The notes beneath the pieces are model-generated. The model saw nothing but the letters and a program-made list of their open reading frames with translations, searched no databases and had not been told where the DNA came from. A DNA stretch of 64,000 nt, taken from Mytilus trossulus. Taxonomy: Eukaryota. Made by a program: the position numbers and the translations under genes. The stretch lies in the NCBI RefSeq assembly GCF_036588685.1, contig NC_086375.1:76632001-76696000 (forward strand), written 5' to 3'. Below, piece by piece: positions 38,028 to 50,729 of the stretch (its first letter is position 1; every line of letters begins with the position of its first letter).

Positions 38028-38789
38028 GGGCCTGTTTATCGAAGCTCTCTTAGGATTAGGACGTGTCCTAAGACCAACTTAGGACACATCTTAGTCATAA
38101 GTGGGTTTATCAAACGTGTCTCAACTTAGGAAAATCCTAGGAATTGTCCTAACTTTAGGATACCAATTTAGGTGTCTTAAGATGGTCTTAGGATGGTCCT
38201 AACTTTAGGATATATTCAATTTCGTCTTTTGTTTGTTTTCACACGTATTATTGTTTTAGCAGTAGTGACATAGTTGAAATTCACCGTATTTATTTGAAAA
38301 ATGCACGAGATTTGCCTTTGAACTGTTAAATATTGAAACATTGACACTTCGAATTCAACTCACTCAAAAATTGCAATAATTTTTACCGATTATATATCTT
38401 GTTTACAATTAGTTTCTTGAATTTTTATATAATACGTAGTTATTATTTTTGTCTTATGTTTTGTTTTAAACAGTTCAAATGTACATATACTATACAATAA
38501 TCTTTTATTATCTTTAATGTAACATTAATAATTAGTTTCTAAATAACTATATTTAAAAACACAATATTATAGATAAAATATGATATCATATATATTTTTT
38601 TATATCTTATTTGTATTTTCTTTTCCGCCAATACTTAGGACATCGGTTAGGACGTCCTAGCTAAGATATTCCTAAGATAGCTTCGATGTGCCTGCTGAGA
38701 CGTGTCGTAAGTCGGTCCTAACTTTATCCTAATTGCTGTCCTAAGAAATTCTTAGGACGGAACTTAGGATAGTTTCGATAAACAGGCCC
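38028..38789. mobile_element. PIF/Harbinger MITE nested in an older interspersed repeat
   Basis: TIR gggcctgtttatcgaa / ttcgataaacaggccc; TSD CTG; many subterminal TTAGGA/TCCTAA motifs. Confidence 0.85.
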
Positions 38790-38960
38790 CTGCTATCATG
38801 TTTAATACCGCCATAATTTGTATGAGAGTGTTCAAAGTCAACAAGTGATCTTATTTAAAATATCCTTTGAAAGTTTAAAAAAAATAGTACTGATATCACC
38901 TTGGCATAAAAGTATAAAGGCTGTGAAAAATCCTAAATAATCTGTTTATTTTTCAGAGAA

Positions 38961-41900
38961 ATGAGATTATTTCACAGCGGAACAGTAACCTTGTTAGTTC
39001 TATGCATTAGTAAGTATGATTTTTAACTTCTAAATATTCAAACAGTGAGTAAGGATTTCGGATGAATATGTTTTATTATCTGTGTATTATGAAGAAAAAT
39101 ATGTGTTTTAAACTTCGTACTAGAAATTTCTTTTGAATAATCTAATATTTATATTATTTACCTGCAATGTATCATTAGCGCAACTGAAATGTCGATTGGC
39201 GCATAGCAAAGAACCGCTATCAATGTGCCACTCGATCTTCGAGCGAGAATATCATATTGTTTTATATAGATATAGGAAGCCTGTGGTGTGAGTGCCAATG
39301 AGACAACTCTCCATCCAAATAACAATTTAAAAAGTAAACCATTATAGGTTAAAGTACGGCCTTCAACACGGAGCCTTGGCTCACACCGAACAACAAGCTA
39401 TAAAGGGCCCCAAAATTACTAGTGTAAACCATTCAAACGGGAAAACCAACGGTCTAATCTATATAAATAAAACGAGAAACGAGAAACGAGAAACGAGAAA
39501 CACGTATATATTACATAAACAAACGACAACTACTGAACATCTTTTGTTCAACATTATGTCTTTTATCTGTTTTGGTTTTGATCGCCTTGTTGGTTTCTGA
39601 ACGCTTTTTTCGTAGTTAAAATATCAAATTGAAAATGTAACTCGTTGTACCATGGTAAATATGCATGTTCTGTACTGTTTTTTGAATTACACATGTAATG
39701 CTAATCTTCAGTAAAAGTATCTTAAAAGAGGGCGCTGGATAACAGAGGGACATTCAAATTCATAGATAAAAAGTTAACTGACAACGCCATGACTAAAAAA
39801 GAAAAGACAAACAGAGAAAAACAAAAGTAAACAAGACCACGAATTTTAATTTAGCTTCTTTGTATTTTTTTAAGTTGTTCCTGCGATAGTTCATGGTGAT
39901 GTGTCTTCTGCTTGGGGAAACTGGGATAGTTGGTCGGCGTGTTCTGTGACTTGCGGCTATGGTTCCATAACAAAAACAGGATACTGGTACAATGAAGAAG
40001 GTGTGAAGACGAACGAAACATTTGTCCAACATTCAGGCTGCTATCTTGATATAAAGTGTCCAGGTATACGTTTGTAGTTTTCATAATAAATCAAAACTGA
40101 GAATATAGCTCTGTGGTTTAGGAAAAAGAGATAGGAGTTATTGCAGAGGCGTATTTGTTGGCACTTTCCATAAATGCCCCCGGATGCTGGATTTTATCGC
40201 TGCATAGAAGACCCATTGGTGGCCCTGGGCTGATTTCTTCCCTTTGGTCTGGTTGTTCGTCTCTTTAGCTCATTCCCTGTTTCCATGCTCAATTCCATAT
40301 ATAGATAGTTTTTTTTTTATACAAAAACTACAAACTTGATTTATTCAGCATTAATAAACTCCTCTCAAATACTCAAAAAGAGCAATTCTTTCCTTTGCAT
40401 ATCACTAAAAAATACTAAACAGTACGGTGACACATGTTGTTTGTCCATATAGCATTTCTGTGAGCTCCAAATATAATATTCTTTGTTGCACCTGTTGTTT
40501 TTTTAATTCGTAATTGACTTTGGAATACTCGTATTAAGCCACATAGTTTAGCCTAACATACAGTATTTGTTTTTAAAGAATACAAGCATACCTTGACCCA
40601 TAATGGTTTACTTTTACAAATTGTTATTTAGACAGAGAGTTGTCTCATTGGCACTCTGACTCATACCACATCTTCCTATACATATATAAGTTAAAATACA
40701 AATTCTGTGAAATACAATTGCTATATAGACTAACTGAACTGGTATTAATCCCTTTTGAAGAAGTGTGATTACAATTAGATATTACAAAACGTTATGCTTG
40801 GAAATAGAGCTGACTTCTTGTGAAAAACGAATATATCAAGATGGCCTCTCCAACTCCATTGATAATTTGAGATTCCGTGATCAAGGAATGACATCACTGA
40901 CGCCATCCTTTTATGAGTATTGAAAACCACCTTATAAACAGATTACATATACTTATTTGCCGAGTATTTGAATTAAAAATAAACTTAACAGATGCCTCTG
41001 CGACTTTTTTTTTTTTTTTTTAAAGAATATTCACTTTGTATTCCTGAGATTTTCTATTTGTTTGTTACCTTTTCAGTTGACGGAAACTGGACTATGTGGT
41101 CGCCATATTCTGCGTGTTCTAAGCCATGTGGACAAGGAATTCGGACTAGAAATAGATACTGTACCAATCCCAGACCACTTAATGGAGGCAATGAGTGTCT
41201 GGGCGGTGGTTCGGATCAGACAAACTGCAAGCTTGATGACTGTCCACGTAATTATATTCAGATTATATTACAATAATATTACTGATCACTTAAGCATAGA
41301 TATCTTCAGTTTTGTATATTTGGTATAACCGTAGACAAATCATCGGACATTTATCAAAACATCAGGGTAAAGTTTGTTTGGGCAAGTGGCGTTACAACTG
41401 CGTACAACTATGGTTAAACATGCTTTATCTATAGAGTGCTGAATGTGATGATTCCATTTTTATAGCTGTTTGATACTATACATAAAGACGTTTATATATT
41501 CTTTTTCTATTGTTAAACCGTGCGAAATGATAGATTTGTGATGTGATATATGAAGTACATTACATTTGTTTAGCTGAAACTTCATGCAACAAGAATTTAA
41601 GTAAAGAATTTTTGTATTTTCATTGTAGCCATACCACCAAATTTCGATATTGAAACATGCAAGCAACCAGGGAAACTTTGGTGTAAAAGTAAACGGATGT
41701 GTGTAGAAGCGTCTGAGCGGTGTGATCGGAAAGTCCAATGTCATGATGGAAGTGATGAAAGTCTGTGTTATAAATACGGAAATAGTGCTGGAGGTATGTA
41801 TTGTCCTGAGTTAAAAAAATGATAAAGAAGGTGTTACCTACTTTGATAAATTCTGCATATGTTAATTCGAAAAACACATATAAAAGCCTGTAGAAATAAA

Positions 41901-42830
41901 TTATGAAATATTAAAAGTGTTACTACTTGGAAGGAAGGATTACAAGAAGGTAATAAGTAAGGGATACTGGATGACAGAATCGCTATAACGAGATTAATTT
42001 AGCCCACGTTAGTTGTAAACGGTATGAGTATGATTCTTTATGTGTTCTTAAATATAAAACAAGAATGTGTCCTCAGTACACGAATGCCCCACTCGCACTA
42101 TCATTTTCTATGTTCAGTGGACCGTGAAATTGGGGTATAATCTCTAATTTGGCATTAAAATTAGAAAGATCATATCATAGGGAACATGTGTACCCAGTTT
42201 GAAGTAGATTGGACTTCAACTTCATCAAAAACTACCTTGACCAAAAACTTTAACCCGAAGCGGGACAGACGGACGGACGCACGGACGAACGGACGCACGG
42301 ACGCACGGACGAACGGACGCACGGACGAACGGACGAACGGACGCACAGACCAGAAAACATAAAACAGAAATTGATAAAAAGATACGCAAGTCAAGAAAAA
42401 AATTAAAGATACCAGCTAGAACGGACAGACAATATCACGGCCTGTCACGTAGAATAAGAACGGACATACAACATCATGTCACGTAGAATTAGGACGGACA
42501 GACAATAGCATGGCCTATAACATTAGGAGAAACAGACAATATCAATGCATATAGAGTTAGGACGAACAAACAACATCATGGCCTTTAGAATTAGGACGTA
42601 ATTTTCATTCTCTTAAATCTTCTGCACTGTTTATGATCACACATTATAAATGCTTTATCGTTCATCGCTGATGTATATATATCACACATTTGTGACATAC
42701 AAATTTTTGATCAGTTTGTTTTTCTTTTTTCTATTTGATGGTGTTTAACTTCATTTGTATATTTTCAGGTATAACTTTGCCTCTAACAAGTATTGCCGTA
42801 TTGATCATCCTGTTTATTAATCTTATTTGA
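38961..42830 (+). CDS. Secreted or GPI-anchored protein: signal peptide-TSP1-TSP1-LDL receptor class A-hydrophobic tail, 211 aa
   Basis: Exons 38961-39009, 39875-40063, 41077-41247, 41629-41793, 42769-42830; all introns phase 1. Peptide MRLFHSGTVTLLVLCIIVPAIVHG; WGNWDSWSACSVTCG; VDGNWTMWSPYSACSKPCGQGIRTRNRYC; CKQPGKLWCKSKRMCVEASERCDRKVQCHDGSDESLC; ends GNSAGGITLPLTSIAVLIILFINLI*. Confidence 0.88.
39265..39540 (+). repeat. Abundant SINE-like interspersed repeat (other copies ~15165-15270, 40600-40685 -, 47980-48070 -, 50070-50390 -, 51090-51335 -, 52320-52580, 54605-54960)
   Basis: Shared core gatgtggt.tgagtgccaatgagacaactctccatccaa...aaagtaaaccattataggt...cttcaacacggagc. Confidence 0.8.
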
Positions 42831-43426
42831 AGTCCAGCAGTAGAGTCTTAGAATGTCAATATTCCAGCCAAAGAATTGCATAATTCCATAAACTTGTTCA
42901 TTTGCTATGGAAATCCATTATATTATCATTTGTTTTTCCAAACATGTACACATGAATGGGACTTTTAATGAGTGAAATATACCGGTATATTGTTTGTATG
43001 TCTGTTTCATTTTGTACATTTATTTTATGAATTTAACGAAATGAAATTTAGACAGTTGATTGAAATTAAGTGTTAAACAAAATATATATTATGCCATGTT
43101 ATCATTGTAACTATGTCCATATTTTATCAAAATTGCCCTTTTGCTCATGCGTCACGGATGTTTCTGTTGTATATCATCTTCTTTATTCGCAATTTAAAGA
43201 AAGAAAAAAAAGCACCACACAAGGACTAGTTCATTTTTGTTAGATCGAAATGCATTTTTTTGTCATAAACTCATATTGGAAAAATTTACCATAACCATTG
43301 CTTGACATATGTGCTTCAAAACATGCTTGCTTGCCAACGTTTCATGCAGATAGCAATCTATAATATAATATGCATTTTTCCTTTCCTTTTTTTTTTTTTT
43401 TTTTTTTTAACTCGGATAGGCCTAAG

Positions 43427-43560
43427 AAAGGTTGTAGTATGCTTTTACATCGAAAAGGTTGCAGTATGCTTTTACATCGAAAAGGTTAAAGTATGCTTTT
43501 ACATCGAAAGGGTTGCAGTATGCTTTTACATCGAAAAGGTTGTAGGATGCTTTTACACTG
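43427..43560. repeat. 27-bp minisatellite, ~5 copies
   Basis: Unit aaggttgcagtatgcttttacatcgaa. Confidence 0.9.
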
Positions 43561-45449
43561 AAACCCAACCTTTATGAAGTCAACAAAGAAGAGGATAAAA
43601 ACAAAGGGGCATTACGATTTTTTATGATGATGTATGTTAAATGTTAGAGAAGTCAACATGCAGTTTTCGAGCAACGACAAGGAAGATACCGAAAAAGTCA
43701 AGCTCTAAATTGACTAGGCCAAGATATTCAAATCTAGCTTAAATAACTTCAATACAGACTAAACAAGATCCGTCACCAAACCGAGTAAAGATACAAGTGA
43801 ATAAGGAAGCGTGTATCAAATATCAAAGAATATACATTTTAATTGATATGATATTTTATTGATAAAATGGTTGGTTCGTCTTTTATTTAGTTTAGCAGGT
43901 ACAAGCAAATTCCAACCTATCTTTGTTATCAGTTTTGAAATGAGTTGTTTATTTACATGATTCACTGCATCACTGTATATACAACTACTACAGTTTGGAC
44001 TTGTATTGATGCTGGTTTAAAACAGAAAAGTATACTAGTGGCGATTATATTTTATTTGGCTATGACATGTCCAGGAGACTGCATGATATACCATATTTAA
44101 TTTATAAACCATTTTAAAGAATTAATTGTTTTCGAGTTATGTATACATTCCGATTAAATCTGAATCTCTATTTCCTCGAATCTCTATACTGCCATTCTAT
44201 GTTGTTATAATTATTTTAATTGAATGTTGTTTGAAAGTGCTCCATACGCTAGTTTTATATACTCCTTGTAGTTTATTACATGTATATGTTTCTTTACTGC
44301 ATGATTTTATATTTGTTTGTATTACTATTTTGATTCATATTTTTTACCATTTATGTAATTTTTTACTAGAATTTGTGCTTGTTTGTATGCTTTGTGTTTT
44401 TATTTTACACATATTTCTTTGGTTCAGACAGCTAATTTGAAATAATTTCCCGCATTCCCACATGAGTTATCTTGTTAAATTGGATCATTCAAAATTAATC
44501 TCTTCGAAAAGAATAAATTATGATCAAGTATTGTATAAAAGGTTCCAATATACCAAACTATCAGTGTTATAGAATAGAGTGTAAAAGAGGGATCTGTTTG
44601 ACCATTAGACGCTTGTTACAGTCATCAGAACAAATTCTTATAAAGATAACAGAAAACAAATACAAATTCAAAATCCTCTGAAACTGAAAGATTTCAATGT
44701 AAGAGAATCTGATAACAACAATTATCTAAATAATAATAAGTCTACACTTGTGATATGCTACTTTGATGAAACAGTTGGATCATATTTGATAAACTTTACC
44801 AGTATCAACATGACTTCCACTTTTACAGAAAATTTGATATAAAACTAACTAGAACTTGATAACTATACAAATTAAGACCCTAACCACAATTAACAAACGT
44901 GCCATGACCGTCACCACACATAGACAATTAGATAACAATAATGTTTTCAGAAATTCCACAAAAATGTATTATCGAATTTGAATTTATTGTTGCTAACTTC
45001 AACAACTTTTAAACATAGTTTCATTTGACACTAAAAATAAAATGTGAGGTGGAAAAATTAACATAGTTATAACCAGATGTTGCTAATAAAGTTATGTGTT
45101 TGTGTTTTTAACGGAAGTTACTTCCATTGCTATGAGCAATACATCACCCTTAGGCCTCTAGCCTATATGTTTGTGGCATTACATTTTTATTGGACAAACA
45201 TGGTTGTAGGTATGATGTTATGTGCAAGTAAAATAAAACACAGTGCAATTTTATCATTGTATCATTTTTGTATTTTTTTTGTGATATGAACAATCGGAAA
45301 TGGGTAGGATCTGAATAAAACGCTGCTTTTCCAATGGTTTGTGTTAATTATTGATTTGGCCTCCCGACGGTAATGATTCGAGTTCACCTGCATGGTAAGT
45401 CTTAAGGAGATGTCATATGCGTCTGGTGTTCATAAAAGTATACGCCTGA

Positions 45450-46670
45450 CTTATTTGACAAGTTCTTGCGTAGCAACAACTCTTAGTGTTCGCAACGCGT
45501 CGTATTTACTATCAAATTATTCTGCTTCAGGTTCTTTTGTAAGTGAGTTTCTTCATGAATCTGGAAGAATCGATGAATGGCATTTCCAAGTCCCCTTGTT
45601 TGAAAAGATAACGTATTTCTCGTCCGTTTTTGGAATTCAGATGATTTTATCTTCACGAAACTCTAGCTCAAATGCGAACAGATGCACATTGTAACAAATC
45701 TAGTTGTGAAATACGACGAGAACGATTCTCGTGAGTTCATTCCCACATATACACTCGCGATATTTCCTGTTTAGATGGTCGAACTCGCACTGCTTTTCCA
45801 AATACATGACAGTTTCCACAAGACTCGAACCATCCATTGTCTTCCTCCGTCATCACAATCTATTTCTTCAACTGGTAAATCTTGGCGAATATACATTTTA
45901 AAATTTGTATAAACCTCTACACGCTTTACCTTAGCTACATCTGGCCTTTGGTAAAAAAAAATGATGAGTTGCAGTAATCATTAGCATATCTGGTATTATA
46001 ATAAAATTCATAATGGCGTGTGTTGTTGTTACCTTTTGGTGTAAGGCTTTTATTATTTAAAATTAAAAAGCACGAATCAATGTGCTTCATGAATGCATTT
46101 GAGAGAATTTTCAAAGATTATGAACGGGGCTTTCACATCGCGGTTCTGTAGCTTGTGAAAGGAACAGTTCCATGCAACTTGATTATAACTGGCACTTGAC
46201 TGAAATACGCATGATGTTCATCTGAAATGTCCCGTCTAGAAAAGGGTTCAAACATTTTCAGTAAAAAAATAGAGTTTATGAATTTGATATTATTTTTGCG
46301 ATCCCAAGAGTGATGCTGTTTTCAATGTTTGTTAGAATCATTAGGATCACGTGCATTGTTCCTGTGATCTTATACTTCCAAAGGATACACCTTTAGTTTA
46401 ATTTCATTATCCTCATCATTTGTCATACTTCTGTTACAAAAAACGTTTACATCGATGTTCAATGTCTCAAATCTATTGATTGCATCGAGTGATACTGGGA
46501 ACTTAAATGCTTTCGAGGACTTTTTGAACTGATGTACTAGGATTTTTGACATAGAGAATATAAAATCGCGCAGCGAAAGGATTCTTGGTCATCGTTGTTC
46601 CCATTAACGTTTGCTTTATTTAGCGCAAATTTTTGTGAAAGTGGAACGAATAAACTTCCTGCTAAAGACC
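45450..46670 (-). mobile_element. Heavily decayed Polinton/Maverick protein-primed DNA polymerase B fragment
   Basis: Collinear degenerate motifs on the - strand: NKANVNGNNDDQESFRCAIL, FPVSLDAINRFETLNIDVNVF, DHLNRKYRE, VVFHN*ICYNVHLF, IPKTDEKYVIFS, FIDSSRFM. These match recalled Polinton pPolB consensus pieces (DH..TGKYRG, FHNL.GYD.HL, IP...EKYISF, FIDS..FM). Confidence 0.75.
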
Positions 46671-47578
46671 TACTGTTATCCCCTCGTGTCGTTTCCTTAG
46701 AACTTTGTCACAATTCTTATTTTATTACTTTGCTCTTTTTCTCAATTGCAATATTCTAATCACCTTGCTAGAATGATTATAACTGCAGCACGGTCAGTCT
46801 AACCCCAGTTTACTATTACAGAATAGCAATTCTTTCTTCGTGTGCTTTATTTGTGGTCTCTTTCACCAGAATAACCGGTTTAAAACGATTGGTATATCTC
46901 TTCTGCACTGCAAGGTTCGCCCATACGATTAGTCCCACAAACCATTTACGGATTACCATGATTGTTCTGCTGTTGCTTTTGCTCTGATGTCCCTTCAAAT
47001 CCCATAGCTTAGCTTTGTCCTGATAATTTTGGTGTCAAAAGGAAATTACACCTATTTGTGAATTGGTTTATTGATACTTTTTCAGTTTTAGTTTGTTACC
47101 CCAATTTTGTTTTTTGTCCATAGATTTACGAGTTTTGAACAACGGTATACTACTATTGCCTTTATTTATGTAAGACGATGTCCGCATGAATTTGTTTCTA
47201 ACGTTGCCTCGAAACTCCATTATTTATATATGAACTTGAGCACGATGTTGAAACAACTTATCACTATCGCTTGGGCAAAACTATCACGAATATAATGCCT
47301 ATCCATGTTAAAACAACAAGAAAGTATAGCTTGCATCAATTGTTTCTTAATACAGTTTATAAACACAACTTACATGTTGAGATGCCACGACGTAACAGAA
47401 TAATGGATGCAAAGTGAAGGAAAGACGAAATTAGAAGTTCTAACATACCTAGACAAAGAATGAGAAAGGTTTTATAGCTAGTAAAAAATACAAGACAACT
47501 AAAATACTTATGTCTTTAATTACCATTTAAAAGATTATATAAATAATTTTACATTTGAAAGTAATGAAATACACCCAA

Positions 47579-50500
47579 CTAACATACTTGTTTTGTTTTG
47601 ATTTTGAAATGCGCTTGTGAAATATCTGACTTTATATGTTCAAACATAGGTTTCACTTCAGTTGCAGTTTTATCACATACGATATATATATTGGACATAT
47701 ATTTCTGATAGTGGTTGATAACGTCGCCATGGTACATCTGCATAAACACACCTGAAGTTGAAAATTAAAAAGTGAACCACGTTTGACCATTTCAACATTT
47801 TCATAAAAGAAATGGCTTATATTATAACCCTCTTTCATTAATGCATAGATTGTGTTTAATTTTAAAAAATAAAACCATTCAATATGACTGCTGATAAGGA
47901 TTATCCATAAAAGTCAAGACATTAAGGTATAACCAATAAATGGGGCAATGAAAGAAATTTTATCAAAGCTAATAGCCGTACTCTGACCTATGATTGTTTA
48001 CTTTTAACACATTGTGACTTGGATGGCTGATAATTGTCTCATTGGCAGTCATACCACATATTCTTATTTCTATCTAATTTCAACTTACCGTCTTTATAAG
48101 GTACCACATCAAACGCGGCAGTTGTTGCTTGGCCCCAATTTATGCACCCATTTGTCGCGTCGTACTGAAAAATAACAATTGTCATCAGCTTATATTACAA
48201 TTCAATACATGCAAACTGTTTGGAGAAAATTATTTATTCATTTTATTTAGACAGTTGTAACTTGCTTTGAATTAGCTTCCAGAAACTGTGAATACTATCA
48301 AACGGTACGTTTTTTTGTACATCTATATTCATTGTTTTTATACTTTAGAAATTTGACGAATAAAGCCATATTCATGTTTGGAATAGAATTTACAGTTTTT
48401 GTGCTGTTATCCCAGTGTACAATTGAGAAAAATGGTGCGTTAGCCGTCACAAAAAGTCCGTAGCCTGATAAGTGGTTATCGTTGGGTGATACATATCATT
48501 GTATTTGTCATAAATCAGGTCATTGAGCTTGTTATACAATATTGTCATGTCAAAACTTTGTCGAGTCATCAATTCAAACCGTTGAAACTGGTTGGTCTTA
48601 CAGGGATAAATTTGACTTTAAATGGACACTTTATTGGTCGATTAAAATGGATAAAGGAGGTCACAAGGTTTTAAGTATTTGTTTTAATTGCATTTTGTTG
48701 TTGGTTATTTTTATTTCATTTATAATGGCTGGTATATTTAAACAGTGTAATAAATGAATATGTTTCAGGCAGAAACATAGGAATAACTATGGTTTAGGTT
48801 CAAACCGAGCATAAAAACTACTCCTGGATTGGTGACGGACATTAAGTGAAGACAATAGGTCATACGCTTTCATGTCCTTTGAGCTACATGTTCAAGTATA
48901 TATCTATGAGACATGTGAGAAGTTGTTTCCCTTATTACATGTAATGCGAACATTTACAATAACTTAATTGGCAGTCAAATTTTGTTTTCAATGCAATTGA
49001 TATGACATGAAAGTTGTTTATATTTCAAACTATGATGCAATGATTATTGCATTTCTCTTGAAAGGATTCAACTTAAAAATAACCGTTATTTATCTGCAGA
49101 AACGTCCGAATTTGTGTTAGATATATTTACCGAATACGCTGCACCTGTGCTGTTACATCCTTTGAATTGTTGATTTATGATATTCCTACAAAGCTGTAAC
49201 TGAAAAGAAACGTTGACTTGGTTGTCATTATTCAAGCTATCGAGAGAATATCCACCAATAGACCATACTGTCTGGGTCCACGTATACCCATTGGGATTAC
49301 TGAAGAAGAAAAAGAAAATAAAACTATATAACTTTTCGTTTCCGTCAAACATAATTTAGTTTGATGGCAATACAAATGAACGATTATATATAAAACATAT
49401 TTATTTGCATCTTTCAACCTGAATTTGTAATGTACTTACTAATTCAGCTTAATTTGTTGTTTGTTTGTATGATCCGACGATTTTAAATACTAACTGGCAA
49501 CTCATAGAAAGTACTGATATCAAATAATTTTTAAGAGTTCATGATAACTGCGAGGAGTGCTGTTTTTATTTATCTTTTTTCTTGAGTGGCAGTGTTCAAA
49601 AACTTTGACCTTAGTTAGCTTCCTATATATAGAAGTGGAATCATTTCAACTCTGCATTACAAATAAGCTGCCTTTTTCTTTAGCTATGCCCTTCTGTTAC
49701 ATCTAGCTACTTGCGAATAAAGGATATGTTGGGTATATAAAACTTAAAGATCAAATTTATTCGTTCAGTGTATGTTTACTTGTTTTTGTTAATATGTTTT
49801 TTGATTGAGTAAGGCCATTTCAATTGATATATTTTATTCAATCTAATGCAGTATAACGTAATCAGAGATCAACATTTCAATTAGATTGATATTTTATTGT
49901 GTGTCTTTCTATTTTGTGAGTTTACATTATTAGGTTTTTGGACCTTTTGGATTATAGCTCTTCATCTTTTATATAAGTTTTGGATTTCAAATATTTTGGC
50001 CACGAGCCATGTATTGTCGAAATGCGCATTTGGTGCAAGAAAATTGGTACCGGTAAATTTATTAAGGTGAAGGTTGGCGCCTATTAAAACGTCCAAACCC
50101 GCTGCTTTTTTTTTGCGCCTGTCATAAGTCAGGAACCTGATATTCAGCGGTTGTCGTTTGTTGATAGATGATACATACATGTTTCTCGTTTGTCGTTTTC
50201 TATATAGATTAGACCGTTGGTTTTCATATTTTAATAGTTTTATACTAGTCATTTTTGGGACCCTGTGCGATGTGAGAAAAGGCTCCGTGTTGTAGATCGT
50301 ACTTTGACCTATAATGGTTAACTTTTTCAAACTTGGACTCGGATAAAGAGTTGTCTCATTGGCACTCATACCCATTGTCCTATGTCTATGAAAATATAAC
50401 CTTCTACCTTCCACAAAATTTCATATACCAATTACATGCAAGTGATATATTGCCGAATTTGATTTTATATAAAAAGAAATTCATATAAATGAAGATCACT

Positions 50501-50729
50501 GAATTGCACGGTCAACTCCCGATCCGAGCTTTTACCCAAAATAAGTGGTATATTGTATAGTAATTTGAATAAATTGTGCTTTATGCTATTACCTGGAAAT
50601 TAAAGGTGTCAGGTCATATGTTCTCCCAGTACCAGGGTCTTTGTACATACAGTCTTGTGCAAAATATCTTCCGAAAGCAGACCCGAAACATGCAACCATA
50701 AGAAAAGCAACCAACATCTTGTTTCCCAT
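47579..50729 (-). CDS. Secreted single-domain MRH (mannose-6-phosphate receptor homology / ATG27-like) protein, 184 aa
   Basis: Exons 50729-50593, 49299-49131, 48164-48089, 47751-47579 (555 nt; phases 2, 0, 1). Signal peptide MGNKMLVAFLMVACFGSAFG; motifs C.YKDP..GRTYDLTPL, FQLQLC, GVFMQMYHGD, SNIYIVCD, FEH, AHFKIKTKQVC*; six Cys in the mature chain. Fold assignment is by motif recognition. Confidence 0.78.

Noticed and set aside
47170-47290. Alternative last exon for the MRH gene
   Set aside because: Reading through the candidate donor at ~47677 already gives the expected terminal ...VC* of the domain, so an extra exon is unnecessary.
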